From: Dimorphilus gyrociliatus
Taxonomy: Eukaryota > Animalia > Annelida
Reading direction: 5' to 3'
DNA: 64,000 nucleotides
Assembly: GCA_904063045.1 (NCBI GenBank)
Contig: CAJFCJ010000009.1
Span: 786,942-850,941, forward strand
The position numbers and the translations under genes are program-made. Shown here one piece after another: positions 1-18,735 of this stretch (the stretch's first letter is position 1; every line of letters starts with the position of its first letter). The notes under the pieces were generated by a model. The model was not told the DNA's origin and did not search any database. It worked only from the letters and a program-made list of their open reading frames with translations.

Positions 1-1
1 G

Positions 2-3303
<3,302 letters not shown>

Positions 3304-3933
3304 GGAACAAATTTTGTCGCAGAGGAACTCAACTGAGGAGATATTTGAACATCAGCAATGGGGAGACATGGATAAGATAGATTATATCCCTGCATGAGAT
3401 AGGTTGGAAAATTAGTAATAAAAAAAAGCCGTAAACTCTTCTCAAAGACTCACAATACTAGTTTCTTCTATCAAGTTTATCTTCTTCCCTTTCTCCTTAA
3501 CTTTTGCAGTAAATATTAATTATCATATGTGAAAATACTTTACGTCTTGAATAATCTCACTTAATATATTTGTTGGAAAAAAATAACTTGAGGAGGACGT
3601 TACTTTGAAGAATGAAAATAAAAACAAATAAACATCAAAACACGGAGATAATTTTCACATAAATAAATTTTTTTTGAAGGAAAGAGAAGTTCCACAGTCC
3701 AATTATAATTAATATTTCAATGGCACCAACTTGGCATTGATTACTATTATGTCGTTACATGTTTGTTTTAAATTTTGGCATAATGTTATGTTTAATTCAA
3801 TAAAGAGAACTCTTTTCAAATTATTGTTTTATTTGATTTATTAATTGGAAATTTCTGAGACAAATTAAATGTAAATAGTTTCTATTATAATAAAAAAATG
3901 CAAAAAAAATTAGTACTATTGTAATTTAGTTCG

Positions 3934-6276
<2,343 letters not shown>

Positions 6277-6964
6277 AACTAATTTATGATATATAACAAT
6301 CTGTCAATTTTCTTATCGTTCCTATCACAACGTTACAGTTATAAAATGAGTGATAAACTGATCCTTTTGAGTAAAATTATAGTGTAAACTGGTATATGAC
6401 AAAACTCGCTTAAAAGTTTACGTCACCTGCAACAACTAACTACAACTACATAGAGTAGTTTAATTTAAAAGAAATTGTAAATTCCATATGAAGAACATTC
6501 TGAATACTTGAATATTTCATCGTTCTTTTTTTAGAACATTGTAATGTTACTAAATATCTTTTTTTATCCGTTTAATGAAAACTATTAATTTCAAGAAAGA
6601 ATATTAAGTTAATATAATAAATATTTACATGAAAACGTGATAATCTAACCCTATTTTAGATAGACTTAAAATCGTGCTGAATTTAGCATAAATTGTTAGT
6701 GTTGTTTTAACGGTTTATATCTCTCAAGAAAAGCAGGGCGCCACCTATTCCATATGAGTATGTACAGTTGCTGTAAGGGCTTTAAGGACTGGCAGCAATC
6801 CTTTCAGTCTATATTAAGATTTCACTTGTATCACGTAGGAAGAGACAATTTGAACTAGAAAATATGAAGAAAAACTGATAAATTGTTATATTTTTTATAA
6901 GATTTATTTTTATATTATGCAATTTTTTTAAATGTGTTCGAAACGTTCTTGATATGCTAGTTAA

Positions 6965-7970
6965 ATGCCTTGTTGCCTAAATTTTGGAAGATCTAATAGA
7001 GTATCCCCCCAGCCTGAATTTAGCGAAGAATATCGCTTGGAAAAGATAAGAGACGATCGTCAGCTGTGTGTAAGGCATGTTAATAGACACCAAAGACCAA
7101 GAACGATTAAAGAGAATGAACCACTCCTTAATTTCGAAGATTTAGGAAAACTTCAAGTGCCTCTTGTTTCACCAGAAAACATTGTTATTTTCTTTATTCA
7201 TGGGGTTGGAGGTTCCTCCGATATCTGGAAGAGTCAGATTGAATATTTCTCAAATCTTGGTTACGAAGTTGTCTCTCCTGATTTAATAGGTCATGGATTT
7301 AGTGACGCACCAAGGGATCAACAAGCTTATCGTTTTGACGAAATATCGAAAGATATTTTGGAAATATTTGACACACGATGTAGCACTTGGAATGTTGTTG
7401 TTGGTCATTCTTACGGGTACGTTATCTATCTAAATGAGCTATCTGTATAGGCGTTGGAAGATCATTGTAGTTTATTATATTTTTCTTTACAGGTGCTGCT
7501 TTGCAGCTATTCTCGCTCGTCAACGTCCTCATTTAGTATCTCGTTTAATAATGGTCTCAGGTGGTGGACCTACACCTCTAGCACCTCAAACTGGGATTTT
7601 TTCCCTCCCTACACCAGTATTATCTTGTTGTCAGCCTGTCTTAAGTAGAGTATTTAATAAGTTCGCTTATGATGATCCATTGATTGCGGAAAGACGTCCC
7701 GCTTTTGATGTGCCGACTTACGTTCTCAGGAATACTATGAGAGGACAAATTTGGCTTTCTGGTGACGCTTCTTACCACAGCCGAATTTCCTGCCCAACCC
7801 TTATACTTCATGGAGCGGCAGATAAACTAGTGAAAATACAAGAAGAGGAGGAAATGAAAGCTGTAATCCGATATTCAACTTTAGAAGTATTACAACAAGC
7901 TGGTCATATGGTTATGATGGAACGTCCGAAAGAAGTTAATGAACGAATACTGCAGTTTCTTACAAATTAA
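6965..7970 (+). CDS. ABHD8: Alpha/beta hydrolase, ABHD8-like, 2 exons
   Basis: FFIHGVGGS oxyanion motif, GHSYG nucleophile elbow across the intron near 7417-7492, LILHGAADKLV and GHMVMMERP catalytic His. Confidence 0.85.
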
Positions 7971-8411
7971 CTTAACGTGTAATGTCGATCAAGAAGTATT
8001 CATTTTATGTTTTTTAGGAAATACAGTTTTAACGATTTTTTAATAGTCCAATCAAAAATATTACTTGAAAGCATATTAATCCATTATACAAATAACGAAG
8101 AAAAATCGATAATAAGAATCTGCTCAAAACTTAGTCAATTATAGGTAAAAGCTATCAAAGACGATATTTGTCATACAAGTAAATACATTAATAATATCAT
8201 TCATCTACTAATATTGAATGGAACCTTATTAGAAATGGAAAAATAGCATTAACCTATTATTCTTTTACTAGAAAATGTTCGCAGAGTGCTACCATGTGTA
8301 ATAGCGCCATCTATATTGTTACCACTCCTAGATAGATTCTGTCCTTGGGTATTGTAATTTACCAAATTATCAATTGAAAAATAGCGAAAGATCAATTTTG
8401 TTACTGAAAGT

Positions 8412-10360
8412 ATGCTAGGGCGTTTGATTCTTCAACGCTCGGGCTATCTAAGGTCTTGTAAGCTTGGAATTTCAACATGGAACAGTTTTTCTACAATGCG
8501 GATAATCTGTTTGCAAAAGGACGTCAAATCTCCTTCGATATTGTATAACTACAAACAACAACGACAGAGAAATAGATACACAGGTTTATTTGATGCTGTT
8601 AATGAAGAAAAGAAGAAATCGTCCAACAATATATTCACAGCCATTTACTACATCTTTCTCGGTGGTAGCTTATTTGCTATAATGTTTACACCATGGTATG
8701 TCTGCATGAACGATATATTTATAAAAGAGAATTTAACATAAAGGATTGTTCTTTCTTTGTAAAGAGAAAATTTTGACTATTCTTATTGCTTTATTTCCTC
8801 TAGGCCAGCAGAATTTGCTAACAAAATGGTGGGAAGAGTAGATTCTGCGTCTCCAACTGTGGAGGAAAATCCATCATCAGATAAGGTAGAAGAAGAGGAA
8901 CACGGAGAAGCAAAGAAGAAAGTTGGCTTTAGAGATAGAAAGGTTAAACTAGTCATACTATCGCACTTGATTAAATCATAATTATTCTATTATAGATTAT
9001 CGAATATGAAAACAGAATTCGAGACTATTCGACTCCGGATAAGATATTTCGTTATTTTGCAACTCTGAAAGTTTATCATGATCCTCATATATCGGAGGTT
9101 TATATGACTCCCGATGACTTCCTAAGATCAATTACACCTGGGGTAAAACAGCCAGACGGTCTAGGCTTAGATCAGTTCAGGAAATACGATCCAAAGGTAT
9201 TCATAAACGCATTATATGGTTATTTTTAAAAGATATTCACTTATATCTTCAGAATAAACATAAAGTCTCTTCAATCCTATCACCCGATAGCATATTCTAT
9301 AAACTCGGTCAAAGTGGTCTTATTTCATTTTCTGATTATATGCTTCTCTTGGTTATCCTTTCAAGTAAATTTAATTAATATTTAATTAAATTTTTGCAAT
9401 GTTTTATATGGAAATTTTCTATAAATAGCTCCACCAAAACAATTTCAAATTGCTTTTAAAATGTTTGATCTAAATGGCGACGGTGAAGTAGAATTTGAGG
9501 AATTTGAAAAAGTATTCAAAATTTACTTAACCTTTCCGTTATTAACAATATTTATCGTTTAGGTAAGAAAGTTACTTGGAAGACAAACAAGTATGGGAAT
9601 GAGACACAGAGATCACGCTGTTACTGGAAATACATTAAAATCAATGAATACAGCATTGTCTACTTATTTCTTCGGAAGGGATCATTCTAAGAAACTTACT
9701 GTTGATAAATTCCTAGATTTTCAGAAACAACTGCAAAATGAAATATTGCTTCTCGAGGTCAATTGACTTAGAAATTCGAAGTACATGTAATAATTATTTT
9801 GTATTTCTTAGTTTAATAGATATGATCCTGAGGATGGTAAAATATCCGAACGTGACTTTTCTGAAATTTTGATTGTTTATGCAAAGTTTTCCGATGCAAG
9901 AAAGAGGAAAATGTTAGCCAGAGTAAAGAAAGCTTATAAAGGAGAATCACAGGGTATTACTTTCAAAGAGTTTGTTGACTTTTATCAAGTTATGCAATTC
10001 ATTAATGATATTGATACCGCTCTAATGTTTTATCATTTGGCTGGAGCGTCTATTGATCAGGGTAAGGCCTTATTATATTGAAAATTCTTTAGTAAAATAC
10101 TATTCGAATTGTTTCTAGCAACATTCAAACACGTTGCAAAAACTGTTGCAAACGTAAATCTAAGTGACCATCTTGTCCAAGTTGTCTTCACCCTATTTGA
10201 TGAAAACGATGATGGAGAATTGAGTAATAAAGAGTTTGTCAGTGTAATTAAAAGAAGAATGATGAGGGGTTTGGATAAGAATAAAGATACTGGTTTCACA
10301 AAGTTGATCAATGCAATGTGGAAATGTGCAAAAAATCAGACTCCTTCAATTGTTGATTAG
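8412..10360 (+). CDS. MICU1: Mitochondrial calcium uptake protein 1 (EF-hand), multi-exon
   Basis: Mitochondrial-type N-terminus, [38 protein letters not shown] hands [15 protein letters not shown] and [16 protein letters not shown]-terminal MWKCAK. Confidence 0.93.
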
Positions 10361-10561
10361 AAACTGCTACTTTTTCTTCAAAAATATTTTTTTTCGATTT
10401 TCTTAGAAATAATTTTCAATTATCACAAAAATCTTTGTATTTTAAACTGATCTCTAACAAAAGTTAATAAGATCCCAAATAATTTGTCTTTTTTAATGCT
10501 GACTACTAAAAAGTTGTTCTCCAAATCATAAGGGGAGTAATTATATCGGACAGCCTCTCTG

Positions 10562-12984
10562 TCAGTGTTCATCAACTGACTTTGAATTACGTTTAGACGA
10601 CGTTAAATAGTTCTTATTATTTATAAATTCTAATAAATCTTCTGCGTAGCCTTTTAACGTTTTCAAATCATTATCTTTGCCTTCATCAGAATTGAACGGT
10701 AGAAATTGACCAAATTTTACTGAAATAAAATATAAAATTTTAATTTCGTCTATTAAGAAAATCATGACATAATTAAACCCTGATACCTACCAAATAATCG
10801 CAAGAAATGGGATATACTATACAGTTGAGTAAATCTTACTTTCGGATTTGATGTTATAAGTTCTTCATGTTGACTACGTTCTTGTTTATACAACAAATGC
10901 TTAGGTAATAAATCTTCAAAGTATTCTTTAAGTCCTTCTACAATTTCTTTGGTTTTATCTCTGAAAGGGAAAAAACCCATGGATATTTTTGCCTTGATAA
11001 ATGAATCATCGTGCTCACTTGTTTAACTCATCGTCTTTTTCTTTGTATAAAATATATCCATTCAGAATATCATCAATAGTCATTCTTTGCGGAAGATTAC
11101 AGACCTGCATATAAAAACTCTTGAAGAAAGCTCAGATATCAATTTAAGATCAGCGGTTTCGCTTATTTTGACATGGAATTAGTGCATTGCAAAAAGGACT
11201 ATGAAACTGTAGCATGTTCTTGGAACGACAAGACTATTGTTGTCAGAAGTAAGAAAAAGGGTGCCAGTGTCTACATCCATGTATTCGGAAATAATGCAAG
11301 CTTATTTAAAGAATTTAAAATTGGCAACAGCATTTCTGCAAAACCATTCAGTGATGCCATTGATTATCCTAGGCTTAGAATAGCAAATCATGAAAACAAA
11401 CTATATATTGCAAATGGCAAAAATATTATCAAATATTCCTATAGAGAGGGCAGAATTGATAAGAATTTTAGAGTGAGAGGTAGGCAACCGATTGCTCTTT
11501 GTATATATGATGGTATCCTCTATTTTCTCTGCAAGAGCTCTAAATGCATATATAAAGTTGTCAACGATACTATTATAAGAGTAATAGAAAATGTGCCAAA
11601 AAAAGCGTACGATTTAGTGGTTACCAAAGACAACGTTTTTGTATCATCTATTGCAGAAACTTTTGATGAATACTCGATACAAATCAGCATTTATAAGAAC
11701 ACGAGACTGGAGAGAAGTATCAAAGTTGGATATTCTTTTATTTCACTTGGAAAATATAGTACTGGTTCATTGTTGTGGAATGAAAAAAGAAAAATCTTAA
11801 TAGCAGCTCATACTGATATAAGAGCTGCGTCATCAATGTATGGCAATTATAAGAATATACTGGTAATCGAGAACATTAAAGGAAATTGGAAATGGAACAA
11901 AGAGAGGAGTGCCCAATTTAAAGGCAGACCCAGTGTGGTTAATATGAAACAAGATTTATTTGTCATTAGCAACAATGAATTTGTTCCTGTTAACCTGGAT
12001 TGTTAGTCATTTATCCAGAATAGACTACTAAATACGCTGAAAGTATGAAGTATACTCACAATATTTTGCTCAACAATTTGTTTTTGATCTTCAATCAAAG
12101 CAATTTTCAAATTTTCTGGTATGGAAATAGGGCAGTCTAAAGTTTGTTCCTCATGCTGAAAGAAAAGCACATAAACGCTCTTACATTTCAGGGAAATAAT
12201 AATATAATTTGTAGGTTAAACTAACTTCTTGTTTTTTAGGTGTTTCCAAATCTACTTTTTTTTTCTTTGCATCAGGCATATCCTTAAAAAAACTGTTTGT
12301 AAGAAAAAACTATAAGACTATTTGTTTTAACAAACTGTATCGGATGTCGTTGTTCTTGCGCGTTTTTTACGTGTCACTTCTGGAGGTGGCTTCTCTTCAA
12401 CTTTCTCTTTTTTTTTTTCTATATTTAGAAGATAATGTTGCATGAAATGCTATCTAAAATCAGATGTTTACCTTTAGTCTTATCAATTTGTTTTTCTCTC
12501 ATTCTTTTAGATTTTGAGGAGCCTTTTTTACTGAAAATTCAATTTTCAACTTAGTATGGTAATATGCATAAATAATTTGTATACGAACAGTTGACTTGTT
12601 TCTAAGTCTTTCATTTTTTGTATATTTTGATCATTGGGCTTTAATATTCGAGACTCTGGAACCCATTCATCCCAACTGTTAATTAATACTTTTAATTAAA
12701 TAAAAAAAAATCGTTTTATAGAGTTTCTTTAACCTTTTGTTCCATCCATTATAGTGGACGTAATACTTAATGGATTTTCCTTCTTCAGCATCAATTTTTA
12801 GACACTAAAATAAGTTTTCAAATAAATTTAGATATCAAAAGAATATTATACATTTTACCTTCGCTTCATATAATAATGGTCCATGATAACATAATAGCTT
12901 TTCACCTATCGGAAAGAAATTGTGTTTACCTTTGATAATTATAATAGTGCACTTCGTAGTACTATTAAACGTACTGATATACAT
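10562..12984 (-). CDS. MORF4L1: MRG15/MORF4L1-like chromodomain plus MRG domain protein, multi-exon; start codon at 12984 is tentative
   Basis: Spliced exons give GEKLLCYHGPLLYEAK, YYVHYNGWNK/SWDEWVPESRILK (chromodomain) and GLKEYF..LLYKQER..HFLRLF (MRG domain); stop at 10562-10564. Confidence 0.82.
11173..12006 (+). CDS. Intronless 277-aa beta-strand-rich protein (NHL-like/beta-propeller?) nested antisense in the large MRG15 intron
   Basis: 834-nt uninterrupted ORF in AT-rich DNA, lying entirely between the MRG15 donor (~12059) and acceptor (~11105). Repeating short hydrophobic strands: KLYIANG, PIALCIYDGILYFLC, DLVVTKDNVFVSS. Confidence 0.7.
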   Translation: MELVHCKKDYETVACSWNDKTIVVRSKKKGASVYIHVFGNNASLFKEFKIGNSISAKPFSDAIDYPRLRIANHENKLYIANGKNIIKYSYREGRIDKNFRVRGRQPIALCIYDGILYFLCKSSKCIYKVVNDTIIRVIENVPKKAYDLVVTKDNVFVSSIAETFDEYSIQISIYKNTRLERSIKVGYSFISLGKYSTGSLLWNEKRKILIAAHTDIRAASSMYGNYKNILVIENIKGNWKWNKERSAQFKGRPSVVNMKQDLFVISNNEFVPVNLDC

Positions 12985-13805
12985 ATATCAAATAAACATA
13001 CAAATGAATTATTAATACCTTTAAGAAAAAAACTTAAATAAAAATTTATAATATGAAAATAAAATACTATTAGTAGTATATTAACGTTTTAAAAAACTAC
13101 ACGTAATAAAAATTCAGGTTGAGCGATAATTCAAGCCCACCGAAATATTTGATTTATAATTTATATTTTGCACACTAGTTACGACTATTTCGAAATTTAC
13201 AATACCTTCTTGAAATTTAGGCTTTGGAGCCATAGTATCCTTATTTTACGATAGGGTAAATGATCTGATATTTAAAAGAAAAATTCCGGTCCTTAGAAGC
13301 TTACATGCAAGCGGAAATAGTTCCCAGGTAAATAACGATGTCTCATAACTTTCAAATTTTATGGCGTTGGCATTTAAAGAGGGATGGAATAGCAATAGCT
13401 TCTAAATTTATCAAGTTCAACTAAATACACTCCTAATTAAAGCCTATCGGCTTTCATATATTTTACTATCATGAGTCGATGTCAAAAGCTACTTTAAATT
13501 ACTAGATATCAAGATTACATAACATAAACACAAGATAAAAAAAGGTAAAAACTAAATAGCTCTAAATTGAAGACAACTTAAATAATTACGTAATTAAAGA
13601 TAAAAGCCTAAGTAAGAGGTTTTATCATTAACAACATAGAATCCGAAATAATTCGTTTATTTAGTAAGAATAGATAAAAATTAGGTAAGTTTTGTTAAAT
13701 TTAACAAAAAAAGACAATAATCTGGTTTATTAGTTGGGTTACAAAATGAATAGATTTTGAAACAAAAATAGATTTTTTAAAAAAGTCAAATAGAACATTT
13801 GCAGA

Positions 13806-16800
13806 ATGGCTAAAAGAATTAGAATAATCTTATTTATTCATTTAATATGGCCAACAATAATATTTATTCGCTGCGTAAAAATAGGAGTAATATTGGATAG
13901 AACGAACAATCGATTTAGTTTTGACAGAATAGAAGATGTATTAGAAATTGGACGTCTTGAGGTAATAGACCGTTATGGAATACATTTTGATTTTATTAAA
14001 AGAATATCGAACGTATCTGAATGTGGTAGCAAAGAAGTAATTCTAAAAACTGCAGAATTGTATAAAAAACATAATATAACGATATTTATTGGACCTAGTT
14101 GCTCTGATGAACTTTTTTATACAGCTCCACTAATATCAGGAGCTGATCTTCTTCAAATTACAGCTGTAGGATTAACTATAGATAGATCTATAGCAAATAT
14201 ATATGAAAATACAATAAGACTCTCGGGAAATATAAAAATTAGCTCTTACCGTCAATTTATAACTATTCTATTAAATAAATACAATTGGCATAAAATCATT
14301 CTTTTATACGAAACTACCAATTCAGAATTTAGAATAAAAGCTGAAGAGATCTTTGAAAATCTAGATTCGAATGTTTCGTATAACGTTACTCTTATAAAGA
14401 TTAACTCTTTTGATAATAATACATTACAAGATTTTATGTTAAATCTACAAACTAAAGGAAGGATATTTTTTCTATTTTTCTCTTTTAAAAATGAAGTAAA
14501 ATTTATGAAATTCGCTTATAAATCAATGATGACGTCATCGTCGTATGTGTACATAGCTTTCCATTCGGACGATGAAATTGAAGAAATGGATATTTTTAAC
14601 AAGGTTAACTATATATACTAATATAATGCATACAAAAAAATGAACTAATAATTTATTCATATTAGGTTAATTCTAATGCAAATGCTTTTAGGCAATATTT
14701 TTATGTTAGATATCAAAATCCAAATAATACTGTCTGGAATAACTTTAAGAAGATTGTAAGACACCATAAACCAGATTATACATTATTTGAAAGGAATATT
14801 TGGCAGTTATTATATTTAGAAAGTGTCCTTGTATTAGGATACGTTCTTGATAGATGCGAAGATTGTCGTCTTTCAAAAAGAATAAAAGGTTCAACCATTT
14901 TGAATTTACTAAGGGGAAGGAAGATATTTCTACATGATTTTAATGATATAAAATTTGACAAAAATGTTGATAAATCGTTAGGTTTAGAATTTATGCAATA
15001 TGATGTAATTAAGAAGAAATATATTCCATTATTTAGGTATAAACATAACTATTGAGAATGTATATAATTTAATAGCATTTGTTATTATAATAAAGTTATA
15101 ACACGAATTTCGGAAAGCATCAATTTATACCTGATATAAGTTGGATAGCTGGCAGTATACCATTAGACGAACCTGAATGTGGCTTTGGCAGAGATTGCTC
15201 ATTTTCTATTTTAGAAAATTTTAGTATTTACTTTATATTGCTGATAGTCTTATTGTTTTTAGTAATACCCATAATTGTACGAACGATAGTATATTATAGG
15301 TTTAGGCTTGTTAGGGAATCGGAAGATAATAGTTATTTCATAGATTGGCTTCAAGTTCAAGCTGTTAACGAATATAATGAAGATACAAACTCAACAAAGT
15401 CTTCTTTAAACTCTTGTTCTAGATCGCAAACTAGCAGCAAAAAATTGGGATACGATTTGGACGAAGATAAAATTCTATCCATTTTCTCAACAGACTCTTT
15501 CAAACAGTCACATACGGTTATTTACAAGCAAAACAGAGTGTTTGTCAAACGCTTAGAAAACATTGGTATTACATTTTCGAAAACTGTACAAGAAGATCTT
15601 AAGGCTAGACGTCAGATTGATCATAATAACTTGATCGAATTTATTTCAATATCGATTCTATCCAATTATGTGTTTCTTTTCGAAGAATTTTGCTCAAGGG
15701 GTAACCTTCAAAATCTTATTTTGTCACATGATTTTGCCTTAGAGCAATCATTAAGATATGAACTAATGAAAGATATTACTAATGGCATGATTTATTTGCA
15801 TAAAAGTCCAATCAAAATACACGGCTTTTTAACATCAAAGAGTTGTGTAATAAATAGTAGAATGATATTAAAAATAACAGATTTTGGTCTCAATAGTCTG
15901 AGAGAAATTGACGGTTACGATCCACATCCGTCAACGTTATTATGGACTGCACCAGAAGTCCTACGAGAACATTCTGCAATTAGTCAAGCGGCGGACGTAT
16001 ATAGTTTTGGTATAATTTTACAAGTATGACAAATATATATTCTTTATTTGTTTCATATCCTGATTCAGAATTGCTTTTATTTCTATACAGGAACTAATTT
16101 CGCAAAGTAAACCCTTTTACGAGCAATTCCCTCCTGAGACAATTGTTGAATTAGTAAAAAGTTCTTCAGAGGTTTCATATAGACCAAAATGTGCGGTCAT
16201 ATGTCCTCAAGATTTGTTTACTCTAATGACTAATTGTTGGAATGAAGATTACGATATCAGACCCAATTTTCAGGTAGCTAAGGATATTTTAAATAGTATA
16301 GAGATATCGAAAAAGACGTATATCGATAATCTTATGGCCAGATTGCAAATGTATGCAAAAAATTTAGAAATATTAGTGGAAGAGAGAATGGAAGAGGTTA
16401 AAGGAGAGAAAGATAGATCAGATGAAATTTTGCATATGATGCTGCCTAAATCGATTGCTAGAGATTTGAAAAATGGTAAAAGAGTCCGTCCAGCAAAGTA
16501 CGATTGCGTTACAATATTATTTAGCGATATTGTTGGTTTTACTGAATTATGTGCGAAATCAACACCATTCGATGTTTTAGAATTTCTTAATTCATTATAT
16601 GAATCATTTGATGCTATATTAGATCAGAGAGACGTTTTTAAAGTAGCAACAATCGGAGACGCCTTTATGGTTGCTTCAGGTCTACCTATTCGAAACGGCA
16701 GTACGCACGCAATTGAAATTGCTTATACGGCTTTACTCTTTATCTCTTCAACGAAAGGGATTAATTAAAGAATTGCTAAACGCCAATAATAATTGACATT

Positions 16801-17177
16801 TGAGAGGTTATTTTCTTTAATTAATTCCTCGAATTCTTTTTATATTTTGAAAAGGATTTAAATTAAATCATATGCCCGATTACAAACTCCTCGTCAGAAT
16901 TGGTATTCATTCAGGACCATGCGTTGCTGGCGTTGTTGGCCAGATAATGCCTAGATATTGCGTTTTCGGAGAAACTGTAAACATTGCCAATGAAATGGAG
17001 AGCTTGAGTAAACCAATGAAAATTCAATTAAGCGAGAATACTGAATCATTTTTGCGTAATCGTCAAGAGTTTGTCCTCATTCCGAGAGGAAAAATACAAT
17101 TAAAAAAGAAAAAAGCCCAAATAAATACGTTTTTTCTAGAAAATGCCGCCTCACCAAAACAGTCACTACCTTGCTAA
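13806..17177 (+). CDS. Receptor (membrane) guanylyl cyclase, ANP-receptor type, with atypical catalytic residues
   Basis: Signal peptide, ANF-type ectodomain (FIGPSCS, KYNWHKIILLYE), WIAGSIPLDEPECGF, TM, kinase-homology domain (IHGFLTSKSCVINSRMILKITDFGL, LLWTAPEVLR), cyclase domain (ILFSDIVGFT, RIGIHSGPCVAGVVG..MPRYC). The 14666-15040 exon, missing from the ORF track, is open and restores continuity. Confidence 0.92.
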
Positions 17178-17757
17178 AATGCAAATGAAAAAGATACAAT
17201 CTATGCGAAGCATTTAACTTAATTATAGATGAATATTTATACTGTTTAAATTAGTTAATTACAATAAGATAATTACTATTATATTTGAATTATTTGAATA
17301 TTTAATGAAACATTTACCTTCAAGTATATATTTACATCAAGTTATATATAAATGGTTTCTATAATTTTCTAATATTTCATTATTAACGAGATACGATAGA
17401 AAACAAGTAAAAAAACTGATAGGAGAAATAGAAAGGAATAACAGAGGGGTAAAGGAGACTTGGAGAGGAGGGAAAAAGCTTACATTCGAGTATTTTTACA
17501 CAACAAATGTAATAGAAATGGAGGAAAACGGTTTTTCTTTTATACTTAAAAATGAAAAATGATTAGAATGAATAGCTTTTCATAGATTTGCCATTCAAAA
17601 ATGAGTTATGTCTTACAAGTGTTATACTGTTTGTAAGGAAAAAATATAGGAAAGGAATGCTTGCAAATCTTTTCATTTCTCTTGATTTCTCATGCTCCTT
17701 CTGTTTTCTTTATTCTTTTCTCTTTTTGTAGTTTTTTATTAATGTTTCTTTTTTTTT

Positions 17758-18735
17758 CTATTGAAAAGATTCCTGTAATGAAGTAAGGGCGTTTGGCGGT
17801 GTTGATATTCTATTTATATCGTTCCTCTTCCTACGTTCAAACATTTTTTTAATTGCTTTTCGAAAAGCGGGAAATTTTGCTGCGAAGAGGAAAGGATTGA
17901 GACTAGAATTGAAGACGAACAGGTTCTGGAATGCCCTTGACACCCAAGGTGGAACGTCGTTCAGTTGAGGATCTATTAAATAGTGAAGATTTAAAGGTAA
18001 CCAACAAATGAGAAAAGCCAAGAAGAGGAGAGATAGACGTTGACAAGCCTTTATAAACCTTCTCCTGGATGTTGATCCGCGATTGGCCATTCGTACTTGA
18101 ACATTTGAATATATTATATAATAACAAACACCCGTTGCTACTATAGGCAAGACGAGAAAACAAATAGTTGTATATGAAGCATAAAAAAACCAGTGGCTCT
18201 TCTTACTCTTCCAATATGATGGAGTGCAATAGGCATATATCGAATTGAAAGTAATGTAAACAAAGCCCCCTAATGGAGGCAAGATTACTACGAAGAAGAC
18301 GATGAACCAAATAAACAATAATATCAAGTAGGTTATCTTTGTGGAGGTGATATCTACACCGCAAATGCTATGTTTGTGAGACTTTGCCAAAGCGCATCTA
18401 TTGACGGCAATTGCAAGGTTAGTTAGAACACTTACACCGGCGTTTTGTCCCTGTATAAGCGATGTGACCTCGCAGCTGAATATCGAGAGTCTCCAAGCTC
18501 GGAAGAGGAAGGCATGAATTAGTAGAGGGCAAACAATTATACATACAAGACCATCAATCACAGCCAAATTTACTACCAAAAGGTGACAACGTTTTCGTAA
18601 GGCTGGTGTCACCACCGCCACTGCTATTATAACGACATTGGTGAGTCCGCCAATTAAACCAATAAAGGTGAGTATAGTTATAACTATCCAACGTTCCGGT
18701 TCGGAAAGTTGTTCAATTTGTAGCGAACTGTTCAT
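17758..18735 (-). CDS. Class A GPCR, melatonin-receptor-like; single coding exon with a predicted 5'UTR intron at 18736-19739
   Basis: Seven hydrophobic segments; NLAVID (TM2), IAVNRC (NR-type DRY variant), ICWLPLN (TM6), FNSSLNPFLF (TM7). An AG acceptor sits directly before the ATG and an AAG|GTAAGG donor lies at 19740/19739. Confidence 0.85.
   Translation of the reverse strand: MNSSLQIEQLSEPERWIVITILTFIGLIGGLTNVVIIAVAVVTPALRKRCHLLVVNLAVIDGLVCIIVCPLLIHAFLFRAWRLSIFSCEVTSLIQGQNAGVSVLTNLAIAVNRCALAKSHKHSICGVDITSTKITYLILLFIWFIVFFVVILPPLGGFVYITFNSIYAYCTPSYWKSKKSHWFFYASYTTICFLVLPIVATGVCYYIIYSNVQVRMANRGSTSRRRFIKACQRLSLLFLAFLICWLPLNLHYLIDPQLNDVPPWVSRAFQNLFVFNSSLNPFLFAAKFPAFRKAIKKMFERRKRNDINRISTPPNALTSLQESFQ

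Noticed and set aside
13235-13243. GTATCCTTA (and ATATCCTTT at 22236) resembling U12 5' splice sites
   Set aside because: Both are intergenic, with no matching branch point or exon context; all coding introns I inspected are GT-AG.
13790-13808. AG acceptors just before many start codons (cyclase, GPCR, NCS, EIF2B2, PHF10), suggesting SL trans-splicing or operons
   Set aside because: A plausible cis donor exists upstream in each case (e.g. 13685, 19739, about 29372, 43958, 57534), so ordinary 5'UTR introns suffice.
14621-15238. Apparent gap or frameshift in the guanylyl cyclase
   Set aside because: Manual translation shows an open Met-poor exon (about 14666-15040) and an in-frame junction to the TM exon, so this is not a pseudogene.
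17758-18735. GPCR as a possible opsin
   Set aside because: No Lys at the TM7 retinal-binding position.
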